Shown piece by piece: positions 50,076 to 59,540 of a DNA stretch of 64,000 bases. The translations under genes were made by a program, and so were the position numbers. The notes beneath the pieces were generated by a model, which saw nothing but the letters and a program-made list of their open reading frames with translations, ran no database searches and was not told where the DNA came from. The stretch comes from an uncultured Clostridia bacterium. Lineage in GTDB: Bacteria > Bacillota > Clostridia > Oscillospirales > JAAYOS01. The stretch is taken from positions 1,301 to 65,300 of the forward strand of contig CANRJS010000009.1 in NCBI GenBank assembly GCA_947631015.1, given 5' to 3'. Every line of letters begins with the position of its first letter. Position 1 is the first letter of the stretch.

Positions 50076-51197
50076 TTATTTCCCCCAGACTTCTTCTGCG
50101 ACCTCGCGCACGAGCGCGAGCTTTGCCCACTGTTCCTCCTCGGTGAGCTTGTTTCCCACCTCGCAGGAGGCAAAGCCGCACTGCGGGCTGAGGCAGAGGC
50201 GGTCGAGCGGGATGTACTTCACGGCCTCGTGTATCCGCCGAATGAGCGTCTCCTTGTCCTCGAGCTTCGGCGACTTCGTCGTGACGAGCCCGAGCACCAC
50301 CGTCTTCTCCCCGGAGACCTCCGCGAGCGGCTCGAAGCCGCCGGAGCGCTCGTCGTCAAACTCGAGGTAGTACGCGTTCACGTTCTCGCGCGCGAAAAGC
50401 GTCGCCGCGACGCGGTCGTATGCGCCGCTCGAGGCGTAGGTCGAGTGAAAGTTGCCGCGGCAGACGTGCGTGTTCACCGTCATGCCCTCCGGCGCGGACG
50501 CTATCGCGGCGTTGTTTGCCGTCACGAGGAGGTCCTTGACCTGCTCAAGCCCCGCCTCGTCGGTGCCGAAGAACATCGGTGCGCGCTCGTCAACGAGCAT
50601 ACCCCACGAGCAGTCGTCGAGCTGGAGGTTGCGGCATCCCGCATCGTAGAGCTGACGTATGACCTCGGCGTAGCACCTTCCGACGTCCGCCACGAGCTCG
50701 TCGTTATCCTCATAGAACTTTCTCGTGTTCGGCAGAGCGAACGGCATGATGAACTGCTCGAGCATCTGCGCGGGCGCGGGGATAGTCTGCTTTGCGACGA
50801 CGCCGTCCTCCTCGAGCGCCTTCACAAAACGGAAATGCTCCACAAACGGGTGCTCGCCCGCAAGCCGCAGCTTGCCCGTGAGGTAGGTGTCGTCTATCAT
50901 CGCGGCCTCATCGTGGAACGGGAGTCCGGTCTTTGTCGGGCTGTGGCCCACGCCCTCGAAGCCCCACATGAAGTCGAGGTGCCATGTGGCGCGGCGGAAC
51001 TCGCCGTCGGTAATGACGTGGTATCCCGCGGCCTTCTGTTTTGCGACGAGGTCGAGTATCGCCTCATTTTCGACTGCGGTAAGCTCCGCGCGGGTGATCT
51101 TTCCCGCTTCGAAGTCCGCGCGCGCGGACTTCAGCTTTTCGGGACGCAGGAAGCTTCCGACATAGTCATATCTGAACGGTGTATGTATCTTTTCCAT
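50076..51197 (-). CDS. Cobalamin-independent methionine synthase II family (YxjH-like, catalytic domain only)
   Basis: VGSFLRP, ITDGEFRRATWH, HVCRGN, LEFD, SPQCGFAS. Confidence 0.93.
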   Translation of the reverse strand: MEKIHTPFRYDYVGSFLRPEKLKSARADFEAGKITRAELTAVENEAILDLVAKQKAAGYHVITDGEFRRATWHLDFMWGFEGVGHSPTKTGLPFHDEAAMIDDTYLTGKLRLAGEHPFVEHFRFVKALEEDGVVAKQTIPAPAQMLEQFIMPFALPNTRKFYEDNDELVADVGRCYAEVIRQLYDAGCRNLQLDDCSWGMLVDERAPMFFGTDEAGLEQVKDLLVTANNAAIASAPEGMTVNTHVCRGNFHSTYASSGAYDRVAATLFARENVNAYYLEFDDERSGGFEPLAEVSGEKTVVLGLVTTKSPKLEDKETLIRRIHEAVKYIPLDRLCLSPQCGFASCEVGNKLTEEEQWAKLALVREVAEEVWGK

Positions 51198-51294
51198 GGG
51201 ACATTTCTCCTTTGCCAATTGGGTGCGGAAATATTATACACCTCGTCCGGCGGGATTGTAAAGGCAGAAATTTTCGCCGTCAGTTGACGGCGGC

Positions 51295-51640
51295 TCTCAG
51301 CCTCGCAGAGTTCGCCGCGTAAGCGGCGAACAAATTCCAATTAGTAAATTTCGGCAGCGTGAATGCGCCCTTCGACTTGCTGCGCATCAAAACTTTCTAC
51401 CGGGCGCATCAGACCTCGGCGCTTCGCGCCGACGTCCCGACTTTGTACGAACCGTAGGGTGAAATTTACACCTCTCGCGGAGCGTGCGTCGAAGACGGCG
51501 AAGCCGTCTCCGCGCCTGTTCGCGCGGTCGATGTTGCCACAGGCAACATCGCGCAGGGGCGATTCATTCGCCCCGAGCATTTCAATCGGAAGGGTTCCCA
51601 CGCGGTCGGCGACCGCGTGGGAATTACAAAGCCCGCGCGA
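51295..51640. repeat. Family-2 repeat cluster
   Basis: Modules at 51301, 51409-51432 and 51510-51622. Confidence 0.88.
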
Positions 51641-51642
51641 TT

Positions 51643-52215
51643 TCACGCGAGAATTTCGCCCCACGCTCCGAGCGGTTTCCCGTCCCAGCCGAAGTATTCG
51701 CTGTTCACCGTCCGCACCGGCTTTATCGCGCCGGCGCGCTCCGCGACGCTCCGCGTCTCGTCCGCGAGCGCCTCGTCGTACAGCACGTTCCGTATCCGGC
51801 AGAACATCACCGCACCGTCCCCGCGCGGGAAGAACTCCTTCACCTCGAGCTCGAAGTTTACCGGGCTAGCGGTGAGCACCGGCACGTCGAGTACGCGCCC
51901 GTGCTCGGTCTCAAGCGGGATCTCCGCCTTCCTCGGGTCGTAGCCGCCGATGTTGCCGAGCCTGTCCGCGAGCGGAAGCAGAGCCTCGGTGACGAGGTTT
52001 GCGGAAAACCTCCGCGTCTCGCGTATGCGGTCAAGCGTCAGCTTCGGTTCGCCTATCGACGCGACGAACCCCAGCGCGTCCTCCTCATAGTCCCAGTAGT
52101 AGGAGAACCATGTGAAAAGCGCGAAGTTCGGCGCGCCGTCCTCCTTGTATGTCCCGTAGAGCATAAGCGACTGCGGGCAGAAGTCGTTCGTCGCCTCGCG
52201 GCATATCTTACTCAT
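51643..52215 (-). CDS. Flavin reductase-like FMN-binding protein
   Basis: YGTYKEDGAPNFALFTW, FSANLVTE, SPVNFELEV. Confidence 0.85.
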   Translation of the reverse strand: MSKICREATNDFCPQSLMLYGTYKEDGAPNFALFTWFSYYWDYEEDALGFVASIGEPKLTLDRIRETRRFSANLVTEALLPLADRLGNIGGYDPRKAEIPLETEHGRVLDVPVLTASPVNFELEVKEFFPRGDGAVMFCRIRNVLYDEALADETRSVAERAGAIKPVRTVNSEYFGWDGKPLGAWGEILA

Positions 52216-52654
52216 TGTCTTCTTCCTCCTTCAAATTGTTCAACACTCTCTGTAAAGTCGCCTCGAATCGGGCTACTTCGTCCTCGGAAAATCCCTTGTA
52301 GTACACGTCGCTCATCCTGTCGCTCACGCTGTCGTACTTCTCGCGAAGGCCGCGCGCCCTGTCGGTGAGGCGGACGAGCACCCGCCGCCTGTCCCGCCTG
52401 TCCGGCACGCGCTCGACGAGCCCCGCCGCCTCCATGCGGTCGAGCATGCTCGTGAGCGTCGCATTCGCGAGGCTCGTCGCGCGGGCGAGCTCCGCCGCCG
52501 GAAGCATGTCCCGCTCCCAGAGCACATAGAGTATCTTCCCCTGCGCGCCGTTGAACTCGACGACGCCCTCGCGTTCGAGTATCCTCTCGAATATGCGTCC
52601 CCCGACCTGCTTTATCTGAGTTATCAGGAATCCGCCCTGCGTCTTCAAAGGCAT
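52208..52654 (-). CDS. MarR family transcriptional regulator
   Basis: QGKILYVLWE, LANATLTSMLDRMEAAGLV, DRRRVLVRLT. Confidence 0.92.
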   Translation of the reverse strand: MPLKTQGGFLITQIKQVGGRIFERILEREGVVEFNGAQGKILYVLWERDMLPAAELARATSLANATLTSMLDRMEAAGLVERVPDRRDRRRVLVRLTDRARGLREKYDSVSDRMSDVYYKGFSEDEVARFEATLQRVLNNLKEEEDNE

Positions 52655-52673
52655 CCTCTCCTCCTGAAATAAT

Positions 52674-52728
52674 TTCGACATCGAATATTTCTATATCGAA
52701 ATATATCACGCGGAGCGCACGCTGTCAA
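52674..52728 (-). promoter_or_regulatory. sigmaA promoter with tandem TTCGA-N2-TCGAA-type palindromes (candidate MarR operator)
   Basis: TTGACA-N17-TATATT (52728-52700); palindromes 52674-52685 and 52686-52703. Confidence 0.7.
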
Positions 52729-52756
52729 CCCTTCCCGCAAAAATTTTCCGAAATCG

Positions 52757-52785
52757 CTGACAAACGGCGCGGGACGTGCTATAAT
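52757..52785 (+). promoter_or_regulatory. sigmaA promoter of degV
   Basis: CTGACA-N17-TATAAT with extended TG. Confidence 0.65.
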
Positions 52786-52823
52786 TCAGTCACAAACCAA
52801 ATTGCAAACGGAGGAAAAACGGG

Positions 52824-53678
52824 ATGGGAAACAACATAAAGATAATTGCCGACAGCACCTGCGACCTCAGCCCCGAGCTGCTTGAGAAGTACGACATAGA
52901 CATACTGCCGCTCCAGATAATCATGGACGACCGCAGCGTTCGGGACGGCGAGCTCAGTCAGGCGGAGCTCTTCCGCTGGGCGGACGGCGCGGGCAAGACC
53001 CCGAAGACCGCCGCACCGTCCCTTGAGGATGCGGCGGCGCTGTTCTCGCGCTACAGCGACCGCGAGGTCATTTGCTTCAGCATCTCGAGCGAGATGAGCT
53101 CGTCGAACAACGTCATGCGCCTCGCCGCCGAGGAGGCGGGCTGCAAGCGCTTCCGCGCGGTCGATTCGCGCAACCTCTCCACCGGGATAGGGCTTCAGGT
53201 GCTCCGCGCGGCGGACATGGCGGCGGAGGGGCGCTCGTTTGACGAGATCTCCGCCGAGCTTGACCGGATAATCCCGCTCGTCCGCGCGAGTTTCGTCATA
53301 GACACGCTCACCTACCTGCGGCGCGGCGGACGCTGTTCCGCGCTCACCGCCATCGCCGCAAACCTGCTCTCGCTCAAGCCGAAGATAGTCGTCGCGGGCG
53401 GGAAGATGGACGTGAGCAAAAAGTACCGGGGGAAGATCGACCGCGTCACGGCGGACTACGTCCGTGACCTCATGCCGGCGCTCGAACGTGCGGATAAGCA
53501 GAGGGTGTTCGTCACCCACACGATGAAGGAGGACGCGCGGCCGATAGTCGAGGCGGTGAAGAAGACCGTCCGCGACACCGGGCTCTTCGAGGAGGTTATC
53601 GAGACCCACGCCGGCGGCGTCATTTCGAGCCACTGCGGCCCGAACACCCTCGGCGTGCTGTTTATCGCGCAGGAGTGA
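52824..53678 (+). CDS. DegV family fatty acid-binding protein
   Basis: IIADSTCDL, PKTAAPS, DTLTYLRRGGR, ISSHCGPNTLG. Confidence 0.95.
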   Translation: MGNNIKIIADSTCDLSPELLEKYDIDILPLQIIMDDRSVRDGELSQAELFRWADGAGKTPKTAAPSLEDAAALFSRYSDREVICFSISSEMSSSNNVMRLAAEEAGCKRFRAVDSRNLSTGIGLQVLRAADMAAEGRSFDEISAELDRIIPLVRASFVIDTLTYLRRGGRCSALTAIAANLLSLKPKIVVAGGKMDVSKKYRGKIDRVTADYVRDLMPALERADKQRVFVTHTMKEDARPIVEAVKKTVRDTGLFEEVIETHAGGVISSHCGPNTLGVLFIAQE

Positions 53679-53809
53679 CCCTGTACGGAATTTCGGGAAA
53701 CACGAACGCGGGGCGGTACACAGTACCGTCCCGCGCAGTTTATACGCCTTGTATCCATACCGCATCCTACTGTCTCCGCCGCCGAAGGCGGCAACCGCAG
53801 TTTTACTTA

Positions 53810-54320
53810 GCTCAAAGTCGGACAATATTTGCGAAGCAAATATTGCTAGCGAGGGCTGTAAAATGTCGGATAAAGAATTGGTGCGCGCCCTCGCGGTTCG
53901 CAGCGGTTGAAGTTAGCGGCAAAGCCGCTAACTTCGCGCAGGGAAGTCATATCAATGTCCGGCTTTGCCCGCGAAGCGGGTAAAGCTCACGAGGGCTGAA
54001 TATGTACCGATGAAGAATTAGTGGGCGCCCTCGTGTTTGCCCTGAGCATTTCAATCAAAGGGGCCCCCAAACGGCGCAAAGCGCCGTTTGGGGATAGCGC
54101 ATCAGACCTCGGCGCTTCGCGCCGAGGTTCCGACTTTCAGAGAATCCGGGGTGCCCTCGAACCTATGCCGCATCTGGCGTTCTACGCCGCCTACGGCTGC
54201 GCCGCGCCGGTTCGCGCGGTTGAAGTTGGCGGCAAAGCCGCCAACTTCGTGCAGGCGGAATTCATTTCCGCCGAGCATTTAATTCAAGGGGCCCCCAACG
54301 CTCCGCCGGAGCGTTGGGGC
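53810..54320. repeat. Family-2 repeat cluster
   Basis: 53810-54090 is largely colinear with 56090-56360; module A at 54202-54320. Confidence 0.9.
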
Positions 54321-54775
54321 ATATTGAATCCGTGCATGAACCCGTCGAGCGCGGGGCTCGCTACGTCCCCCGCTACGACCTTGTCCTTGTATATGAGCAG
54401 CGTTATGCGCACCCCCTCCTCGCCGGACGGATGGTTAAGTATGGGGTAGCTGTAACGCTTCACCTCGCGCCCCACGAGGTATCGCAGGTCGAGACCCTGT
54501 TCTATCTGCATACGGTTGTAGCGCTCGTAGACCTCGTCAAATAACTCCGGGATGAGCACCGTGTCCTCACACTCGTCCGCTCCGTCGGTCTCCCAGCCGA
54601 AGGAGCGGATGAACGTAAGTCGATCCTCACGCGTCTTCACGCCGGAGTATCCGGGTATGGCGCTCCCCGCGCGGAAGACGCTCACGAGCATTATTATGAG
54701 GATCACCGCCGCGCCGCACGCCGCAAAGAGCAGAACAAGCTGCTTTCTTGTAAATTTTGCCGAAATAATAAACAA
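54284..54775 (-). CDS. DUF4830-like protein with N-terminal membrane anchor
   Basis: FIRSFGWE, YERYNRMQIEQGLDL, GREVKRYSYPILNHP, VVAGDV...GFMHGF. Confidence 0.8.
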   Translation of the reverse strand: MFIISAKFTRKQLVLLFAACGAAVILIIMLVSVFRAGSAIPGYSGVKTREDRLTFIRSFGWETDGADECEDTVLIPELFDEVYERYNRMQIEQGLDLRYLVGREVKRYSYPILNHPSGEEGVRITLLIYKDKVVAGDVASPALDGFMHGFNMPQRSGGALGAP

Positions 54776-54825
54776 AGATACTCCCCCTCATGTTCCGCTT
54801 CGCTAAAATATATGCCCCGCACCGC

Positions 54826-54879
54826 TTGAAAATCACGCCGCGATGCTGTATAATCTTGTTAAACAGGAAAACGCTTGCC
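54826..54879 (+). promoter_or_regulatory. sigmaA promoter plus LacI/CcpA-like site
   Basis: TTGAAA-N17-TATAAT (54826-54854); GGAAAACGCTTGCC at 54866-54879. Confidence 0.6.
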
Positions 54880-55023
54880 ACATCGGAACAGGCGTCGGGC
54901 GAGGAACCGTCCGCCGGCTGACACAGCCGGTCACCGACCCGCCGCCCGCCTGCACACGTTTTTCCCGGCAGCATTTTTCGCGGACGACCGCGATAAAACA
55001 AATTTCGAAGGGAGTAATGCACT

Positions 55024-55986
55024 ATGAAACTCGGCGTTCTTACCGTACCGCTTTACGGCATGAGCCTTGAAGATGCTCTCAAGTATCTCCACGGCCTCGG
55101 CGTCCAGGCGGTCGAGCTCGGCGGCGGCTGCTATCCGGGCAACACCCACACTCTGCCCTACATCACGGGCGAGAAGCCGGTAAGCGAGCTCAAGGCTCTG
55201 CTCGAGAAGTACGACCTCACCCTCTCCGCCGTCGCGGCGCAGGGCAACTACATCCATCCGAACAAGGAGCAGGCCGCGCAGTTCCAGAAAGGTCTGGAGG
55301 ACAGCATCCTCCTCGCCGAAAAGATGGGCTGCGACACCGTCAACGTCTTCTCCGGTTGCCCGGGCGACTGCCCCGAGTCGAAGAACCCGAACTGGGTCAC
55401 CTGCCCCTGGCCGCCCGAGTACCTCGAAGTGCTCGACTGGCAGTGGAACGAAGTCCTCATCCCCTACTGGAAGAAGCAGGTCGCGTTTGCGCGCGAGCAC
55501 GGCGTCACCAAGCTCGCGTTTGAGATGCACCCCGGCTTCCTCGTCTACAACACCGAGACGCTGCTGAAGCTCCGTCACGCCGTCGGCCCGGAGATAGGCG
55601 CGAACTTCGACCCGAGCCACCTCGTATGGCAGGGCATGAACATTGTTGACGCGATAACCATGCTCGGCAATGAGGGCGCTATCTTCCACTTCCACGCGAA
55701 GGACACCCGCATCGACGAGATAAACACCCGCCGTATCGGCGTTCTCGACACAAAGCACTACGGCGGCAACGACCGCGCGTGGGACTTCCGCTCGGTCGGC
55801 TACGGCCACGACAACTTCTTCTGGAAGGAAGTCGTAAGCGCCCTCCAGCGCGTAGGCTACGACGGGACGCTCTCGATAGAGCATGAGGACAGCCGCATGA
55901 GCGTCAAGGAAGGTCTCGAGAAGGCCATCGCGGTGCTCAAGGACGTTCTGGTGTTCGAGAAGCCCGGCGAGATGTGGTGGGCCTGA
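55024..55986 (+). CDS. Sugar phosphate isomerase/epimerase family TIM-barrel protein
   Basis: FEMHPG, NFDPSHL, FHAKD, SIEHED. Confidence 0.92.
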   Translation: MKLGVLTVPLYGMSLEDALKYLHGLGVQAVELGGGCYPGNTHTLPYITGEKPVSELKALLEKYDLTLSAVAAQGNYIHPNKEQAAQFQKGLEDSILLAEKMGCDTVNVFSGCPGDCPESKNPNWVTCPWPPEYLEVLDWQWNEVLIPYWKKQVAFAREHGVTKLAFEMHPGFLVYNTETLLKLRHAVGPEIGANFDPSHLVWQGMNIVDAITMLGNEGAIFHFHAKDTRIDEINTRRIGVLDTKHYGGNDRAWDFRSVGYGHDNFFWKEVVSALQRVGYDGTLSIEHEDSRMSVKEGLEKAIAVLKDVLVFEKPGEMWWA

Positions 55987-56016
55987 TAGCACATTGTCCG
56001 TTATGAAACAAATGAG

Positions 56017-56044
56017 CGGCGCGGTCTATGACCGCGCCGTTTAT
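56017..56044 (+). terminator. Intrinsic terminator-like hairpin
   Basis: CGGCGCGGTC-tat-GACCGCGCCG-TTTAT. Confidence 0.7.
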
Positions 56045-56495
56045 CGCGGCGAAAAGGTGCGCAGCGAAGTCTGCGCTCCGCCCTACAATGCGCTCAAAGT
56101 TGGGCGATATTCGCGAAGCGAATATTGCGGGCGAAAGCAGTGGAGCATCGGATGAAGAACAGGTTCGCGCTTTCGCGGTTCGCAGCGGTTGAAGTTGGCG
56201 GCAAAGCCGCCAACTTCGCGCAGGGCAAATTTTACACTGTGTTTGGCTTTGCCCGCGAAGCGGGCAAAGCTCACGAGGGCTGAATATGTTCCGATGAAGA
56301 ATCGGTAGGCGCCCTCGTGTTTGCCCCGAGCATTTAAATCATAGAGGTCCCAAACGGCGTGAAACGCCGCTCCGCGCCTGTTCGCGCGGTTAAATTCGGC
56401 GCAAAGCGCCGAATTTGCGCAGGCGGAATTCATTTCCGCCGAGCATTTTAATTAAAGGGGTCCCCAAACGGCGCAGAGCGCCGTTTGGGGAATCC
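56045..56495. repeat. Family-2 repeat cluster
   Basis: Modules at 56093, 56173, 56245-56340 and 56372-56490. Confidence 0.9.
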
Positions 56496-56577
56496 CTGCA
56501 CCTCCGGGCAGTAAAAGTCGGGATTTCCGACCCCGAAAGTGATAATATGTGAGTGTCAGCGGAAAGGAGACGGTAGG

Positions 56578-57390
56578 ATGAACCTTGCGGACGGCATGGC
56601 GGAGGCGCTCGCGTACATCGAGGCGCACCTCGACGGCGAGCTCAGCATATCGGAGGCCGCGGCGCGCGCGTATCTCTCCGAGTTCTACTTTCAGCGCATA
56701 TTCGGCGCGCTCTGCGGCATGACGGTGGGCGAGTACATACGCGGCCGCCGCCTGACCCTCGCCGCGCGTGAGCTCGCCGCGTCGGACGCGAGGGTCATCG
56801 ACGTCGCGCTGAAGTACGGCTGGTCCTCGCCGGACAGCTTCGCCCGCGCGTTTGCGCGGTTCCACGGCGTCTCTCCGTCCGCGGCAAAGGCGGGCGCGGC
56901 GCTCAGGTCGCTCGCTCCGCTGAAAATAAAACTCACATTGGAGGGCGGAAACATGACAGATTACAGGATAGTACACAAGGAGGCGTTCAGCCTCGTCGGA
57001 ACCGGGCGCAGGTTCTCCGCGGAGACAAGCTATGCGGAGATACCGAAGTTCTGGGACGAGTTCCTTGCCTCGCCCGAGAAGCCGGTCCACGGGATGTTCG
57101 GTGTTTGTCTCGACACGGGGATAAACGAGAGCGGGATGTTCGACTATCTGATAGCCGATATCTACGAGCCGTGGCGGGACGTTCCGGCGGGGTGCTCGGT
57201 GCAGAGCTTCGCCGCCGGCGACTGGGCGGTGTTTCCCTGCACGCTCGAGACGCTTCAGGACACGAACACGAGGATGTGGAGCGAATGGCTCCCGAGCGCC
57301 CGCGACTACCGCCTGCGGGACGGCTTCGACCTCGAGTGCTACCTCCCCGGCGGCCGCGTAGAGCTGTGGCTGCCGGTCGAGAAGGCGTAG
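56578..57390 (+). CDS. AraC family regulator with C-terminal GyrI-like effector-binding domain
   Basis: YIEAHL, EYIRGRRLTLAA, DVALKYGWSSPDSFARAF; C-terminal WSEWLPS...DLECY. Confidence 0.93.
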   Translation: MNLADGMAEALAYIEAHLDGELSISEAAARAYLSEFYFQRIFGALCGMTVGEYIRGRRLTLAARELAASDARVIDVALKYGWSSPDSFARAFARFHGVSPSAAKAGAALRSLAPLKIKLTLEGGNMTDYRIVHKEAFSLVGTGRRFSAETSYAEIPKFWDEFLASPEKPVHGMFGVCLDTGINESGMFDYLIADIYEPWRDVPAGCSVQSFAAGDWAVFPCTLETLQDTNTRMWSEWLPSARDYRLRDGFDLECYLPGGRVELWLPVEKA

Positions 57391-57413
57391 GGTGCACAGA
57401 TTACGTACAACAC

Positions 57414-57458
57414 AAAGCGCGGCACGGAGCGGTTTTCCGCTCCGTGCCGCGCTTTTTC
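57414..57458. terminator. Bidirectional terminator
   Basis: AAAGCGCGGCACGGAGCGG-tttt-CCGCTCCGTGCCGCGCTTT with flanking T tract. Confidence 0.85.
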
Positions 57459-57475
57459 TGTCAGAAAATCTGCCC

Positions 57476-57937
57476 TCAATTTACTTTTTCCGTTTTTGTG
57501 ACGACAAATCCGTTTTTCAGATACAGCTTTATCGCATTCTCGTTCCACTCGGCGACATGTATGGTTATGGGTTTGTCGGAATATTCCCTGATGCGGCGGA
57601 TCGCCCACAGCAGTATCTTTTTTCCGTAACCTCGGTTCTGAAACGCCCGATTTACAAACAAATCGTCTATTTCCGTGCCATAGCATCCCACGCCGCCGAC
57701 TATCTCTCCGTCCTGCACAAGCAAAAATATATCGGCCGCTTTTTCTCTTATCTGCTCAATGCCCGAATAGAAGTTATACGGCCGCACGTCCAACGCCTCG
57801 CGCATCTCGTAAAAGCATTCGTTGTATATGCGTTCGTACTGTGAATAGTACTCCTCACAAAACGGGATCATTTGGACCGTATCGGTTTTGTGTCCCTCTC
57901 CCGAGTACTGCATCTCATAAGCAAAGAAACTTTTCAT
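57476..57937 (-). CDS. GNAT acetyltransferase, low GC
   Basis: IDDLFVNRAFQNRGYGKKIL, NENAIKLYLKNGF; SD GGAGG before MKSFF. Confidence 0.9.
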   Translation of the reverse strand: MKSFFAYEMQYSGEGHKTDTVQMIPFCEEYYSQYERIYNECFYEMREALDVRPYNFYSGIEQIREKAADIFLLVQDGEIVGGVGCYGTEIDDLFVNRAFQNRGYGKKILLWAIRRIREYSDKPITIHVAEWNENAIKLYLKNGFVVTKTEKVN

Positions 57938-58034
57938 GGCTCCTCCAAACATATTCGGGTCTTGCGGGCGGTCATCCGATCCCATGTCAAGACCGCCGTG
58001 TCTCCGTCTACCACGCTATAACGCCCGCCGCAGG

Positions 58035-58471
58035 CAGAGCTCCGCCCTGTCCGACGCCTCGCAGAGTTTCGCGCCTTCGCGCGAAATAGATTAATATCGC
58101 TTTTTCCGGCGGCGTGTGGCGTGTACGGTGAAATTTACGCATCTCGTCCAGCGCGTTTCGAGTAAAGCGCCGCAGGCGCTCCCGCGCCTGTTCGCGCGGT
58201 TGAAGTTGTCGGCTTTGCCGCCAACTTCGCGGAGCCGGAATTCATTTCCGGCGAGCATTTCAATCTAAAGGGCTCCCACGCGGTCGCTGACCGCGTGGGA
58301 ATACGTCGATTTTCCGCCGAAGGCGGAAAACTCGGCGCGTAGCGGAGCGCTTGCTGTCGGCAAGGCTACGCCTTGTCCGACAGTTTCACTTGGAATTGCG
58401 CCCGCGCAATTCCAAGTGAACTTCTCGCGGGAAACAGGTTGCGGGCGAAGCCCGCAACCTGTTTCCCGCGA
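58035..58471. repeat. Family-2 repeat cluster
   Basis: Modules at 58057, 58182-58300 and 58348; 22-bp perfect stem 58425-58471. Confidence 0.9.
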
Positions 58472-59455
58472 CTAGCACAGCCGCGTCGGGCAGTCGCGTC
58501 CCTCCGCCATCGCGCAGATGCCGTATATCCCGCACTCGACCATGCTCCTCGTCGCGGCGTCGGTGTAGAACGCCATGTGCGGCGTCATGACGACGTTGCG
58601 GAACTGCCGCAGGTAGAACAGGTTGCGGTTCGCAAGGATGTCTATGCGGTGGTCGGAGTGAATAACTCCCTCCTCGCCCTCGAGCGCGTCCAGTCCAAGC
58701 GCTCCTATCTTCTCGGTCTCTATGCCCTCAACGAGGGCTTCGGTCTCGGTGAGCTCTCCGCGCGCGCAGTTGATTATCACGACGCCGTCCTTCATCTTCG
58801 CTATCGCAGCACGGTCGATGATATGATATGTCGAGTCGAGGAGCGGCATGTGAAGCGTGATTATGTCGCTCTCGCGAAAGAGCGTGTCGCGGTCGACGTA
58901 CCGCCCGAGCTTCTTTGCGTCGTCGTTTTCGCGGACATCGAAGCAGAGCATCCTGCACCCGAAGCCGGAGAGGTTCCGCATCACCTGCGTGCCGATGCTG
59001 CCCGTTCCCATAATTCCGACGGTGAGCTCGCGCATCTCGCGTCCCTGAAGTCCGTTCAGCGCGAAGTCGTTCACCTGACCGCGCCAGAGCGCCTGCTTGT
59101 AGTTGCGCAGGCACATCAGCATAAGCATTACGGTGAAATCCGCGACGCCGTTCGGCGCGTAGTTCGCGTTGCAGATGCCGATGCCGAGCTTCTCCGCGCA
59201 CGTCAGATCTATGTGATCGTAACCTATCGTGCGCGTCGACAGGAAGCGCACTCCGTTTTCGTACCACTTCTCAAGCAGCTCGGCATTTATTTTGCCCTGG
59301 CCGAGCGTAGTGACGCCGTCCACGCTCTCGGTCATTTCGACGTTCTGCATGCTCGGGACGGCAGAAGTCATCACCAGCGAAACGCCGTACTCCAGCGCCG
59401 CGCTCTCCATTATTTCGCGTTCATCGGGCCGAACCTCATAGGCAAGTATTTTCAT
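58472..59455 (-). CDS. D-isomer-specific 2-hydroxyacid dehydrogenase (D-lactate dehydrogenase-like)
   Basis: RTIGYDHIDL, GIMGTGSIG, INCARG, LDALEGE, TPHMAFYT. Confidence 0.93.
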   Translation of the reverse strand: MKILAYEVRPDEREIMESAALEYGVSLVMTSAVPSMQNVEMTESVDGVTTLGQGKINAELLEKWYENGVRFLSTRTIGYDHIDLTCAEKLGIGICNANYAPNGVADFTVMLMLMCLRNYKQALWRGQVNDFALNGLQGREMRELTVGIMGTGSIGTQVMRNLSGFGCRMLCFDVRENDDAKKLGRYVDRDTLFRESDIITLHMPLLDSTYHIIDRAAIAKMKDGVVIINCARGELTETEALVEGIETEKIGALGLDALEGEEGVIHSDHRIDILANRNLFYLRQFRNVVMTPHMAFYTDAATRSMVECGIYGICAMAEGRDCPTRLC

Positions 59456-59540
59456 GGTATTCCTCCGTCAGGTTTTCCGCATGCTTTCAAGTTCCTATTA
59501 TCGTCTTATATCCCGACCCGCCGTTCGCACTCGGAACGGC

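Noticed and set aside
58472-59455. vanH / vancomycin resistance cluster
   Set aside because: It is a generic D-2-hydroxyacid dehydrogenase with no vanA/B ligase, vanX or vanRS neighbours.
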